From an uncultured Gammaproteobacteria bacterium (GTDB lineage: Bacteria; Patescibacteriota; Microgenomatia; Daviesbacterales; UBA10151): 64,000 nt of DNA. Within the stretch, counting starts at the first letter, position 1. Each line of letters starts with the position of its first letter. The DNA is taken from assembly GCA_964649615.1 (NCBI GenBank), contig CAZYPW010000002.1, forward strand, positions 2,969 to 66,968. Direction: 5' to 3'. The position numbers and the translations under genes are program-made. Shown here in pieces: positions 51,358 through 60,689 of the stretch. The notes beneath the pieces are model-generated. The model saw only the letters and a list, made by a program, of their open reading frames with translations. It had not been told where the DNA came from and did no database searches.

Positions 51358-52353
51358 ATGGATCTTTGGCTGATATTTTTAACCGGTTTAACTGTGGGAG
51401 GATTAACCTGTTTGGCTGTACAAGGTGGGCTTTTAGCTTCTGTGATTGCCGCAAAAGAGGAAGAGGAAGTTGAAAAAGGGATCAATACTAAAAATACAGT
51501 TTTCCCCACACTTTCGTTTCTTGCCGCAAAACTTGTTTCATATACAGTTTTAGGCTTTCTCTTGGGAGCTTTTGGAGGCGCATTAAATATTTCTCCTAAA
51601 GTTCAAACTGCCATGCAATTTTTAGCAGGACTATATATGGTTTTTATTGCGCTGGATTTGTTAAAAGTACATCCGATTTTCCGCTACGCAGTTATTCAAC
51701 CGCCCAGATTTTTAACAAGAGTAGTTAGAAACCAATCAAAAAGTAAAGATTTATTTGCTCCCGGCTTTTTGGGAGCGTTAACCGTCTTTATTCCCTGTGG
51801 GACAACTTTAGCAATGGAGGCTTTGGCAATTTCATCCGGCAATGCCATCTTGGGTGCTTTAATTATGGCTGTTTTTGTATTGGGTACTATCCCTTTGTTT
51901 TTTGGGGTGGGTTTTTTAACTTCTGTTTTAGGGGATAATTTCAGAGGTGGATTTTTAAAACTGGCAGGAATTATTGTTTTATATTTGGGGTTTATTTCAG
52001 CTAATGGAGCATTAGCAGCAGGAGGATTCCCTTTTGTACAAATTGATTTAAGCGGTGCAAATTATCAGGCCCAAAATAATGCTCCTGCTTCTCAAAATGT
52101 GCAAATAAATATCAATTCAACAGGTTATAGTCCCAACTATATCAAAGTCAAAAAAGGTGAGGCAGTTAATTTAACTTTAAAAAGCACTAATGCTTTCAGC
52201 TGCGCCCTGTCTTTTAGGATTCCTTCTTTGAGCATCAACAGGAATTTGCAGCCCAATGATACCCAGCTGATTAGCTTTGTTCCTACCCAAAAGGGCCAAA
52301 TTCCCTTTAGTTGTTCTATGGGGATGTATCGAGGGATAATAGAGGTAATATGA
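51358..52353 (+). CDS. DsbD_2/TauE-like membrane protein fused to cupredoxin
   Basis: GLTCLAVQGG, FIPCG and FSCSMGMY. Confidence 0.8.
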   Translation: MDLWLIFLTGLTVGGLTCLAVQGGLLASVIAAKEEEEVEKGINTKNTVFPTLSFLAAKLVSYTVLGFLLGAFGGALNISPKVQTAMQFLAGLYMVFIALDLLKVHPIFRYAVIQPPRFLTRVVRNQSKSKDLFAPGFLGALTVFIPCGTTLAMEALAISSGNAILGALIMAVFVLGTIPLFFGVGFLTSVLGDNFRGGFLKLAGIIVLYLGFISANGALAAGGFPFVQIDLSGANYQAQNNAPASQNVQININSTGYSPNYIKVKKGEAVNLTLKSTNAFSCALSFRIPSLSINRNLQPNDTQLISFVPTQKGQIPFSCSMGMYRGIIEVI

Positions 52354-52577
52354 TAAAGAAAACACTAAAGATCCAAGGAATGCACTGCAGTTCTTGTGCC
52401 ATGAATATTGATTTTAATTTAGAGGATTTAGCAGGCGTTAAATCAGTAAAAACCAGTTATGCAAAACAAGAAACAGAAATTGAATATGAAGAAGGTAAAG
52501 TAGAAGTTGAGCAAATTTTACAGCAGGTGCAAAAAACAGGTTATAGTGCAAAGGAGAAAGATTTAATAGAAGTTTAA
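52350..52577 (+). CDS. copZ: Copper chaperone (HMA domain)
   Basis: GMHCSSC. ATG at 52350. Confidence 0.88.
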   Translation: MIKKTLKIQGMHCSSCAMNIDFNLEDLAGVKSVKTSYAKQETEIEYEEGKVEVEQILQQVQKTGYSAKEKDLIEV

Positions 52578-52647
52578 CTTATTATGGGCAGATGTTCTGC
52601 TCAATCTCCTTAATTGTAACTTCTATCTTTATTACAAGAATACTTAT

Positions 52648-53100
52648 TTAAACACCAGCAGGTAAATGTGATCTTCCATACCGCCTACTAATCATTGCAT
52701 TATATGCTGCTATTTGTTCCCTTTCATCTCTCGCAATTTCTTTCATTGCTTCTAGGTAAGCTTCATCCCAAACCTCCCTTGAAAGTCTTGGGTTTATCAT
52801 CTGTAATCCTTCGGGAAAAACTATAGTTGGTAACTCAGCACCATCCTTATTACTTTTTGGTATATTAAAGATAACTGTTTTCCTTCCTTCGTTAATACTA
52901 CGAATACCCCAAACATCATGAGCAAAAGTATATTGCCCTGGGCCCACCTTTGTATCTATTGTTTTACGCTTTATTGCTAAAGGTTCAGCTTCAGTAGTTT
53001 GAGGAGCCTGACTTTTGACAGTCAAGGGCCTTTTGTATTCAATTAAAGTATTTCTTCTTCTTATACCGAAGTAGTATTGTTTATTTTCAGGACTTCTCAT
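52648..53100 (-). CDS. Hypothetical protein
   Basis: 150-aa ORF with no recognised motif. Confidence 0.5.
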   Translation of the reverse strand: MRSPENKQYYFGIRRRNTLIEYKRPLTVKSQAPQTTEAEPLAIKRKTIDTKVGPGQYTFAHDVWGIRSINEGRKTVIFNIPKSNKDGAELPTIVFPEGLQMINPRLSREVWDEAYLEAMKEIARDEREQIAAYNAMISRRYGRSHLPAGV

Positions 53101-53326
53101 AGTTGATTACGCCTAAAGTCTAGCACTAACTGAGCAAATGTGCAACAATTCAACTAATGATGGTACAACAACTACTTTTTCTAAAGATAAATTATTCTTA
53201 ACTTTTGGTGTTAAAAACATCTATTCAGGATCTGGGGATAACAAAAAGCTGGTAGGCTACAAGGCATATATTGAACATAATTGAATTTATCAAATAGTTT
53301 TTGACATTCATGGTAAAATATCACAA

Positions 53327-54028
53327 ATGAGTCTTGAGAGTGAAGCCAGAAAACAATTAGAAGCACAAAGGCGTGCTGCCCAAGAACAGGAAAGACAAAG
53401 ATTAGCCCAACAACAAGCTGCAGAGGCAAAAAGGCGCACTGATAAACTTAATGAAGAGCAAGGTAGAGCTCAAGCTTTATCAAAATTTAGAGGTTTAAAT
53501 CCTGAAAGATTCCTTGAAGAAGTAAGGCATGCGTGGGGTGTTGGTCGGATAGTACGTTTCTCTGATCCCTTATATAAAGTATTTGATGTTTATGGTGCTC
53601 CTACTGCTATTGATGGAGTAATGTTATATCAACGGGGAAATGCCCAACATTCAAGGAAATCAGAAAAAGGTGAATATCCTTATCATTCATCAGATGGTTT
53701 TCACCCAGCGGGAAGGAGCAGCGTGTGGAAACCTGCTAGTACTGTTGATACTGATACATATCCTGTAGATATTGCAAGAATCTATGTATCTATAGGTAAT
53801 GTGGTGGTAGAAGATAAATATGGATCCTATCAATCACAGAAATTAAGCATCCACAAAGGGCTTTTCAGTACAGAAAGATCTGAAAGTAGCAGGTACTTTA
53901 TGTCTAGTCATCCTTATTCAACCGTGCGATTTGATATTGACAGTGTAAGACCTGAGGATATACGTTCATTCTTTGTAGAAACTACAGCACGCCGTATGGG
54001 GGGAGAAGGTAACATAAGAATTCGATAA
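53327..54028 (+). CDS. Hypothetical protein with N-terminal coiled coil
   Basis: Q/R/E-rich N-terminus; extended -10 TGGTAAAAT upstream. Confidence 0.6.
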   Translation: MSLESEARKQLEAQRRAAQEQERQRLAQQQAAEAKRRTDKLNEEQGRAQALSKFRGLNPERFLEEVRHAWGVGRIVRFSDPLYKVFDVYGAPTAIDGVMLYQRGNAQHSRKSEKGEYPYHSSDGFHPAGRSSVWKPASTVDTDTYPVDIARIYVSIGNVVVEDKYGSYQSQKLSIHKGLFSTERSESSRYFMSSHPYSTVRFDIDSVRPEDIRSFFVETTARRMGGEGNIRIR

Positions 54029-54069
54029 CTTCATTTGATATAGGTCGAATATATTCAGGGAAAATAAGT

Positions 54070-54639
54070 ATGTCTATCCAAGAAAGGCTTTCCCAAATTC
54101 AAAGAGAAGGTGAGGGTTTGGTTAACAGAATCGATCAAAAACGTAAGCTGGCAGAATTAAAAAATCAGCTTGCTCAATCCTCAGGAATAGGTAAGGGGAG
54201 ACAAATTGAGCGTTTAAGGGGGATATTAGTAGACACTGGCCTTGTGGATATGCTAGTTGAAGCAGTTGACCTTATCCCTAAGGTAGATGTCATTTGTACA
54301 GATTCAAGTAATCCTGTACCTGATCCTAATGGGGACTGGGCAATCCATATGCAATGGGATCAAAAGGGAGATGTAAGTGCAGGGATTACTGAGTCTTGGA
54401 AGGAATTTGAATTATACGTTCAACAAGATAAAATGTTTGTTTATTCAAGGTTATATGAGTTACCGGTAAATAACCAGCATATTTCCTATAGATATCAGAT
54501 GATAAAAGAGGAATATTTTAAAGATAGTTTAGAGAGTGAGCAATGGGGAAATAAAGAAAGATTGGAATCATCAATAGCTGATGCTTTATGGAAGGCTGAT
54601 ATCAGACCAAATGAAGCTGAAAGAGGCAGATTATTATGA
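54070..54639 (+). CDS. Hypothetical protein
   Basis: 189-aa ORF. Confidence 0.55.
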   Translation: MSIQERLSQIQREGEGLVNRIDQKRKLAELKNQLAQSSGIGKGRQIERLRGILVDTGLVDMLVEAVDLIPKVDVICTDSSNPVPDPNGDWAIHMQWDQKGDVSAGITESWKEFELYVQQDKMFVYSRLYELPVNNQHISYRYQMIKEEYFKDSLESEQWGNKERLESSIADALWKADIRPNEAERGRLL

Positions 54640-54670
54640 AACAGGGTCAAATCTAAATTTAATAGCTAAT

Positions 54671-54707
54671 TCAGGTTATTACCCTGAGTTTAATCGAAGG
54701 GTGGAAG
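54671..54707. repeat. 37-bp direct repeat A, copy 1 (REP-like)
   Basis: tcaggttattaccctgagtttaatcgaagggtggaag, identical at 56520-56556. Confidence 0.9.
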
Positions 54708-55656
54708 GTGTAAATAACCCAAGAACATTTTTAGTTTCATTTATACCATTAATTTTATTTAAAGCAGCTAGTGAGGTCCCTGGACCTACCTCACCAAAAA
54801 CTCCAACACCACTAGATTGCAAAGTAGCTAATGTTTTAACCCATTGCACAGGCTGAACCATACTTTCAGCTAAATAATCCTTTAAGGTAAAACCATCTGT
54901 CCTAGCTTTTCCTGTCAGGTTAACAATAACTGGTATTTCTGAATTTCTAAAGTTATAATCAAACAATCTTTTTAGTAACTCATGGGCAGGTTTCATCATA
55001 AACGCAGTATGGAAAGCACCTGCTGTCCCTAAATCAGTAGCCCCGCTTGCTCCAGCTTCTTTGGCCAGTCTGTCTACTTGCTGAGCAGTTTCTGCACCGC
55101 AGCCAACTACAATTAATGTGGGAGCATTGATTAGAGCAACTTGTGTAAGTCCTAACCCTCTTGTTTCACAGATTTCTCTCACTTTATCTTCTGTGAGCCT
55201 ACTAATTCTCAAAAGAACACTTCTAGTTTCCTGGCATGCTTCCTGCATAACCTGCCCTCTGTAGGTAACAAGCTCAATTCCATCTTCAAAGCCAATAACC
55301 TTTGCCCTAGTTAATGCAGTATATTCACCTAGACTATGTCCCGCTACAAAACTAGGAGCAAGCCTGGCAGCGCCTCTTTTATCAGTAATTTCAGAGGTAA
55401 GAACACTAAGAGCATACACCACAGGTTGTACAAAAGCAGTTTGACCATAACTTGGTGATTCTGCATCTATTAATGCTTTATTAATATTAAAGGCTGCACT
55501 TCCATGTACTTTATTTATTGTCTCTTGTGCTTGTCCTAATCTTTGTTGTACATGAGTGGGATCAATATCAGAAAGTTTTTGATAGCAAGCTATAATATCT
55601 TTAGGAGGTAATCCCTGTCCAGGAAAAAGTAATGCTGCTTTAGTTTCTTGAGTCAT
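54679..55656 (-). CDS. fabD: Malonyl-CoA:ACP transacylase-like acyltransferase
   Basis: LFPGQG, GHSLGEY, RGQVMQ, GAFHT and EVGPG. Confidence 0.88.
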   Translation of the reverse strand: MTQETKAALLFPGQGLPPKDIIACYQKLSDIDPTHVQQRLGQAQETINKVHGSAAFNINKALIDAESPSYGQTAFVQPVVYALSVLTSEITDKRGAARLAPSFVAGHSLGEYTALTRAKVIGFEDGIELVTYRGQVMQEACQETRSVLLRISRLTEDKVREICETRGLGLTQVALINAPTLIVVGCGAETAQQVDRLAKEAGASGATDLGTAGAFHTAFMMKPAHELLKRLFDYNFRNSEIPVIVNLTGKARTDGFTLKDYLAESMVQPVQWVKTLATLQSSGVGVFGEVGPGTSLAALNKINGINETKNVLGLFTPSTLRLNSG

Positions 55657-55873
55657 ATCTTAGTGTAATAATAATGAATTCACAGCCTTTGTCAATATAA
55701 CCATTTAGGTAGAAATTATGATTACTAGTAATAGTAACTTATTCAGAGTTTCCCAGTAAGTACGTCATTGGCTACTTTGTAGCCTTGCGATGACGGTTCC
55801 GCTGGGAAGAACTGAACTTATACCTACCTCATCTTAAAAATACTCCCTCTTTTTATGTTATAATCAACATATT

Positions 55874-56095
55874 ATGCCAGCAATTAATATGACCAAAATT
55901 TATGGTAATAAAAACTATAAAGGCAACTGGGTAGCCATGATTAATTATGAGACTAAACCCAAAGTTGTAGCATATGCAAAAACACTGCATGAAGTGTTAG
56001 AAAAGGCAAAACAAAAAGGATACAAAATGCCTTTAGTAACTGAAATACCCAAAAAAGTTCTTCCAATTGTAGGACCTTTTGCTTGTATTAAATGA
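55874..56095 (+). CDS. DUF5678-like small protein
   Basis: YKGNWVA..VVAYAKTL; coupled to the aspartyl protease gene. Confidence 0.6.
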   Translation: MPAINMTKIYGNKNYKGNWVAMINYETKPKVVAYAKTLHEVLEKAKQKGYKMPLVTEIPKKVLPIVGPFACIK

Positions 56096-56493
56096 TATTC
56101 CCCTACAAAGATATTACCTCTAAGATTAAGCGGCCTATTATTCCAATCATAATTAAGTTAGATAATTACTTTATTCTCTATCATGGTTTGATTGACTCAG
56201 GAGCTGATTACTGTATTTTCAGCCTGGAGATCGCTAAAGAGTTAGGGCTGAAATTTTTTAAAAGAAATAAAACTAAGTTTATCGGAGCTGGCCAAGATGA
56301 AATTGAAGGTTACTGGGGTAAAATTGATATAAAAATTGGTCAAAGCACTTATACAACTCGAGTAATTTTTGCAAAAATCAGTGATTTTGGCCATGGAGTT
56401 TTAGGACAAAGAGGCTTCTTTGAACATTTTGATGTTAAGTTAAACCATCATAAACAAATTATTGAGATCGAACCAATAAAATTATCAAATTGA
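56092..56493 (+). CDS. Retropepsin-like aspartyl protease
   Basis: LIDSGAD and VLGQRGFF. Confidence 0.8.
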   Translation: MIFPYKDITSKIKRPIIPIIIKLDNYFILYHGLIDSGADYCIFSLEIAKELGLKFFKRNKTKFIGAGQDEIEGYWGKIDIKIGQSTYTTRVIFAKISDFGHGVLGQRGFFEHFDVKLNHHKQIIEIEPIKLSN

Positions 56494-56519
56494 TGTTTAC
56501 AACACCTTTAATAGTTTCC

Positions 56520-56556
56520 TCAGGTTATTACCCTGAGTTTAATCGAAGGGTGGAAG
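56520..56556. repeat. 37-bp direct repeat A, copy 2
   Basis: Identical to 54671-54707. Confidence 0.9.
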
Positions 56557-56608
56557 TTGTGAATATTAAAAAAGCGAAAAGTTGACAGTTATCTCATAGT
56601 AGTGTACA

Positions 56609-56983
56609 ATGTGGCTAATTATGGAACGAGAACTACTTTTAAATACAGCAGGAAGAAATTTTAGAATTCAATTAGGACAAGATGAGCTTTCTTTGCAAAT
56701 AGCCATGGGCTATATGGACTATAGAGGCAGTAGATTTGATAAAAGACAAGAAGGAGATTTTATAGATCTTCTCTTAATGAGGCATGCAAATTTTTTTGCA
56801 GGGGCTGATCAATACCTAAATTTACATGGCGTAGATGGGGCTTTGAGAAGGTTTAGATCAAGTAGAGTGTGGAGAGTGTTAACTAATCAGATGCAGCAAC
56901 CACAGATTCCATTAAATGATATGAAGATTCGTAAAGAGACCTCAAAACTAGAAAAATTAGTACTTCTTAAGAAAATTGCTTAA
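56609..56983 (+). CDS. Hypothetical protein
   Basis: ORF of about 120 aa behind a TTGACA..TACAAT promoter; start may be slightly downstream. Confidence 0.5.
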   Translation: MWLIMERELLLNTAGRNFRIQLGQDELSLQIAMGYMDYRGSRFDKRQEGDFIDLLLMRHANFFAGADQYLNLHGVDGALRRFRSSRVWRVLTNQMQQPQIPLNDMKIRKETSKLEKLVLLKKIA

Positions 56984-57162
56984 CATCTTTTCAAGAACTT
57001 CTTAAATCTGGTATGCTCAAGTTATGCCCAAACTAATTACTGTTTCAGAATCATTACTTGAAGATATCCTGCCTCATGTTAAAAATACTCCCTTGGAGAA
57101 AAAATAAATTCAGTATTCTTGACACCTCGATTAAAATATGACATACTTAAGATGTATTAGAT

Positions 57163-57462
57163 ATGCCAAAAAAGAAGAGGCGTTTTGAATGGGATTTTGG
57201 AAATACAACTCATCTATGGGAAAGGCATCAGGTACGCTCCTTTGAGGCAGAAGAAGCGATGAATGATGTTCATGCAATAGAAGGACCAGATAAACTTCAT
57301 TCCCAGGATGAGGTGCGTTTTACAGTCATTGGTAGAACTCGAAAGGGAAGGATGCTCTTTCTGGTATTTACAGTAAGAAACAGTCATATCCGTGTCCTTC
57401 ACGCACGGAATGCCAAACGGAAGGAGGTGGGTCTGTATGAAGAAAAAATTAGTACTGCCTAG
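57163..57462 (+). CDS. BrnT-family toxin
   Basis: FEWD..N..H.V.SFEAEEA, HSQDEVRF and IRVLHARNA. Confidence 0.88.
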   Translation: MPKKKRRFEWDFGNTTHLWERHQVRSFEAEEAMNDVHAIEGPDKLHSQDEVRFTVIGRTRKGRMLFLVFTVRNSHIRVLHARNAKRKEVGLYEEKISTA

Positions 57463-57706
57463 GTTTAAAAATGAAGATGAAGAGCATGATTTTTGGGAGA
57501 AAATTGATCTCTCAGAGTATTACGAGGTAAAAGACCTTAAACATTTTGATGCAGCAGCGTTTCTTAAGGAGCATGAGCAGCCAAAGATAACCAGGGTAAC
57601 TATGCGTATACCTACGGATATTGTCAGACGCTATAAACAAAAAGCTTCACAAATTGATGTTCCATACCAAAGCTTAATGAAACAACAATTGGCAAAAGGA
57701 GCATAA
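57437..57706 (+). CDS. BrnA/CopG-like antitoxin
   Basis: PRFKNEDEEHDFW, VTMRI and PYQSLMK; AAGGAGGT upstream of ATG 57437. Confidence 0.85.
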   Translation: MKKKLVLPRFKNEDEEHDFWEKIDLSEYYEVKDLKHFDAAAFLKEHEQPKITRVTMRIPTDIVRRYKQKASQIDVPYQSLMKQQLAKGA

Positions 57707-57716
57707 ATTTGGCTTG

Positions 57717-57764
57717 GCTCAAGCTGAAGCAAAGAAAAACAAAAGAGGCATTTGGAGTAAATAA
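57717..57764 (+). pseudogene. C-terminal scrap of a thermonuclease gene
   Basis: AQAEAKKNKRGIWSK* resembles AEQEARTANKGLWG in the 34174 nuclease. Confidence 0.45.
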
Positions 57765-57770
57765 TAAAAA

Positions 57771-58361
57771 ATGGTAAAGAAAACTGAAAAGCAAAAACTG
57801 TACTGTTATGTAGATGAAACAGGACAAGACACTGAAGGTAAGTTGTATATAGTAGCTACAGTAGTAGTCGGAGACGAGCGGGATTCATTGAATGATTTTT
57901 TAGGGGAAGCAGAGGCAAAAAGTGGCAAAACCAGACGTAAATGGACTAAATCTCGGAATAAAGAGAGACATCAGTATATTGAGTTAGCTTTAATACCGAG
58001 ACAGCTAAAGGGTAAGATATTTTACAAAGTATATAAAGATTCCAAAGCCTATGAAGATCTCATGGTTTTAGTTATTGGAAGAGCTATTAATATTTACACC
58101 TCAACTAGAGACATTACTGATTATAAAGCAACGATAGTAATAGATGGGTTACAGGATAGAGTTCAAAAAAGAGTTACTAAGTCGTTAAGACAACTAGGGA
58201 TTAAAATGAGGAAAGTTGTAGGTGGGAGGGATGAAAGTAGCCCGCTTTTGAGATTAACAGATAATTTAGCAGGGATGATTAGAGAATCAGAAGAAGATAA
58301 AGGAGATTATAAAAAGATTGTTAATAAGCTAGAAGATCAGGGAGTAATTAGTGAACTTTAA
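57771..58361 (+). CDS. DUF3800 domain protein
   Basis: YCYVDETG and DESSPLLRLTDNLAG. Confidence 0.75.
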   Translation: MVKKTEKQKLYCYVDETGQDTEGKLYIVATVVVGDERDSLNDFLGEAEAKSGKTRRKWTKSRNKERHQYIELALIPRQLKGKIFYKVYKDSKAYEDLMVLVIGRAINIYTSTRDITDYKATIVIDGLQDRVQKRVTKSLRQLGIKMRKVVGGRDESSPLLRLTDNLAGMIRESEEDKGDYKKIVNKLEDQGVISEL

Positions 58362-58369
58362 AACAATAA

Positions 58370-58465
58370 AAAACCACCGTAGTCTTACGACCAGAGGGTG
58401 GAACAACCTAGCTTTTTATAGCACCCACCCATAAAGGGGTAGTATTCAGTTGCGATTTAATTGCA
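58370..58465 (+). ncRNA. Candidate DUF3800-associated structured RNA
   Basis: Stems CCACC/GGTGG, GTC/GAC, CAAC/GTTG and CCC/GGG immediately after the stop codon. Confidence 0.45.
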
Positions 58466-58521
58466 TATTATCATATTTGTCAGTAAGATACAAGCCAAAA
58501 ATTATGTTGTATACTTAAATC

Positions 58522-59112
58522 ATGCCAGATGATCCTAACCAACCACCAGATCAACCATCTATTCCCCCTAATCCTCCTGAAACCACATTACCTGAAGAAA
58601 TCCCACCCTCTGAACCTTCTCCTCCTTCAGAACCAGAAACCCCACCTACTCCTGAACCATCAGCAGCAGAAGTCCCATCCCAACCTTCCCAATCTCCCCA
58701 AATTCCCCAACCTCAAATAATTGAGAAAGAAGTTATTAAGGAGGTTCCTGTGGAGGTAATTAAAGAGGTTATAAAGGAAGTGCCTGTTGAAAGAATAGTT
58801 GAGAAAGTTATAGAAATCCCCACCCCCTTTGTAGATCAAAATGAAGTAAATAAACAGGTAGAAGAAAAACTCCAACAAAGATTAAAAGAAAATTTAGCTT
58901 TGAATAGACAAAAAGCCAAGGAAGCAAAACTTAAAAAGAAAGAAGATAATTTAGCAAAACTTTTACAATTTACTCAATCTAAAGGAACTATCACCAGTTC
59001 TGAAGCCTCAACTTATCTAAAAATCTCTAAATCCACTGCTACCAAATATTTAAAAGAATTAGTTAATAGAGGCTTATTAAAAAAGATAGGTAAAGCTCAA
59101 TATTCAACATAA
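58522..59112 (+). CDS. Pro-rich protein with EVIKEVPV repeats and C-terminal winged HTH
   Basis: Low-complexity N-terminus; ISKSTATKYLKELVNRGLL. Confidence 0.7.
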   Translation: MPDDPNQPPDQPSIPPNPPETTLPEEIPPSEPSPPSEPETPPTPEPSAAEVPSQPSQSPQIPQPQIIEKEVIKEVPVEVIKEVIKEVPVERIVEKVIEIPTPFVDQNEVNKQVEEKLQQRLKENLALNRQKAKEAKLKKKEDNLAKLLQFTQSKGTITSSEASTYLKISKSTATKYLKELVNRGLLKKIGKAQYST

Positions 59113-59562
59113 CCTTATCCCTATATCTGATACTAACATACCATTTATATGATTTATTTCCTGCTCTAATGTTGCAGCACGTCCATATTTAATAACTTCT
59201 ATGTGATATTTCCCTTCTAAATCCTGATATCTTACCTTAATCCAAAGATGAGCTTTTATTAAATAAATACCTTTTAAACTGAAACATCTTGAAAAAATTG
59301 GAAATAACCATTTTTGTCCTAACACTTCTGGGTTAATCATGACTGTGTAATTTTCATAAGATTCTTTGAGAACAATGACTCTTCTGTTTATACCTATCTG
59401 TGGAGCAGCCATTCCTAACCAAATATTCCAAGGTTTATCTACACTTTTAATTACCTCAATTAATTCTTGAACAATTTTTCTAGCTTCAGCTAAATTGTCT
59501 ATTTTACTACTTTGTTCATGAAGTTTTTTATTTGGTTCTTGAATAATATCTTGCTTATTCAT
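59104..59562 (-). CDS. Peptide deformylase-like protein with degenerate motifs
   Basis: GMAAPQIG, MINPEV, RCFS and QEINHING. Confidence 0.75.
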   Translation of the reverse strand: MNKQDIIQEPNKKLHEQSSKIDNLAEARKIVQELIEVIKSVDKPWNIWLGMAAPQIGINRRVIVLKESYENYTVMINPEVLGQKWLFPIFSRCFSLKGIYLIKAHLWIKVRYQDLEGKYHIEVIKYGRAATLEQEINHINGMLVSDIGIRLC

Positions 59563-60111
59563 AATTTATTAATTCATCTAAATTATCTGGTAAATAATCA
59601 ATTCCTCCAAATTCTTTAACTGGAATTGACTTAACTTTAGTTTTAATATCTTTTCTGATATGAGGATAAACCATTTCTTTTTCTCCTCCAATGCTTTCAC
59701 AATCATCTTCAATTAAAATATCAGGTATTAACTTTTCCACCACATCTTTATAATCTTCTCCTTGCTGACGAAAGAGTAAGTTTTGAGAATCAGGAAAGTT
59801 ATATTGTTGTAATACATTTCTAATATCATCAATATCCTTTTTAATTCTTCTGGAGGTTAGGTAATAAATTTCTGCTCTTTGGCTTTTCCAGTTAGTTAAT
59901 TTTCCTACCGCATCTCTCACTGGAACATAGTTTGCATAATCATGAACAGAATTTTCCCTTCTGGAACTTCTTCAACAGAATTATATGAAAGTGATGCTTC
60001 TTCTCTTTGAATACCTTCTAAATGTGATTGTCTAACTTGCTTCTCTCTACTTAAACCTTTTTCAGATTTAAATGTTAAAGCAGTACCTTCTGTAAAAATT
60101 AATATTTTCAT
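59555..60111 (-). pseudogene. Frameshifted HAD-like gene (two track ORFs)
   Basis: The -1 frame near 59955 continues ENSVHDYANYVPVRDAVGK into the second ORF; YLTSR and IEDD. Confidence 0.65.
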
Positions 60112-60400
60112 AAATTATTTATTTAATAATTTTAGTATTTCTTGCTCTGCATCTTCAGAATTATAAAATGTTTTATAGCCATATTTTTCTGCTTCACTTT
60201 TATACATCTTCCCTTCACAAAAATAGAAATTCTCTGCCTCTATTTTTTGCAGCTTTTCAGTTTTACCCCATCTGGGATTTTTCTTATTCCTTTCTTAAAG
60301 TATCTAAATCTAAATGAAAGGCTCCGGTTTTTTCAGCAACTTTCCTTGCCAGATAACTTTTACCAGAAGCCGGAATTCCTCCTATAAAGACATAGCTCAT
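60108..60400 (-). pseudogene. Internally deleted or frameshifted P-loop kinase
   Basis: MSYVFIGGIPASGKS..DLDTLRKE*, then the C-terminus RNKKNPRWG..NNNL* in another frame. Confidence 0.65.
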
Positions 60401-60503
60401 GGGTTAAGTATAGGTGTTTGCAGTCTATAATCCAAGGGATTACAGGAAGCGTAAGCGACTATCTTACAATCTAACTTTTTGCTAGAATTAGTATAATAAA
60501 ATT

Positions 60504-60689
60504 ATGACTAAGACACGTTTTCGTACAAACCAAGGAACCTTCCGATCAGTCAGACAAGACACTAAAGTTGGAACTATAGAAAAAAAATATAATGTCAATC
60601 TAGGTGTTCGTTCTGATATGAAATTAGGCAAGTATCTAACTAAGAAAGGCTATCCTTCCCTTTCCAGTATTTTAAAAGACTCTAAATGA
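60504..60689 (+). CDS. Small basic hypothetical protein
   Basis: RQDTKVGTIEKKY..RSDMKLG; TATAAT 6 nt before the ATG. Confidence 0.7.
   Translation: MTKTRFRTNQGTFRSVRQDTKVGTIEKKYNVNLGVRSDMKLGKYLTKKGYPSLSSILKDSK

Noticed and set aside
54671-56556. 37-bp repeat as a CRISPR repeat
   Set aside because: Only two copies, 1.85 kb apart; no spacer-length periodicity and no cas1/cas operon in the window.
58726-58815. EVIKEVPV repeats as a DNA-level element
   Set aside because: Codons vary synonymously, so this is a protein repeat.
59940-59965. Programmed -1 frameshift at GGGAAAA
   Set aside because: The heptamer is out of phase (codons GGG AAA) and the upstream gene is also broken, so decay or a sequencing error is more likely.
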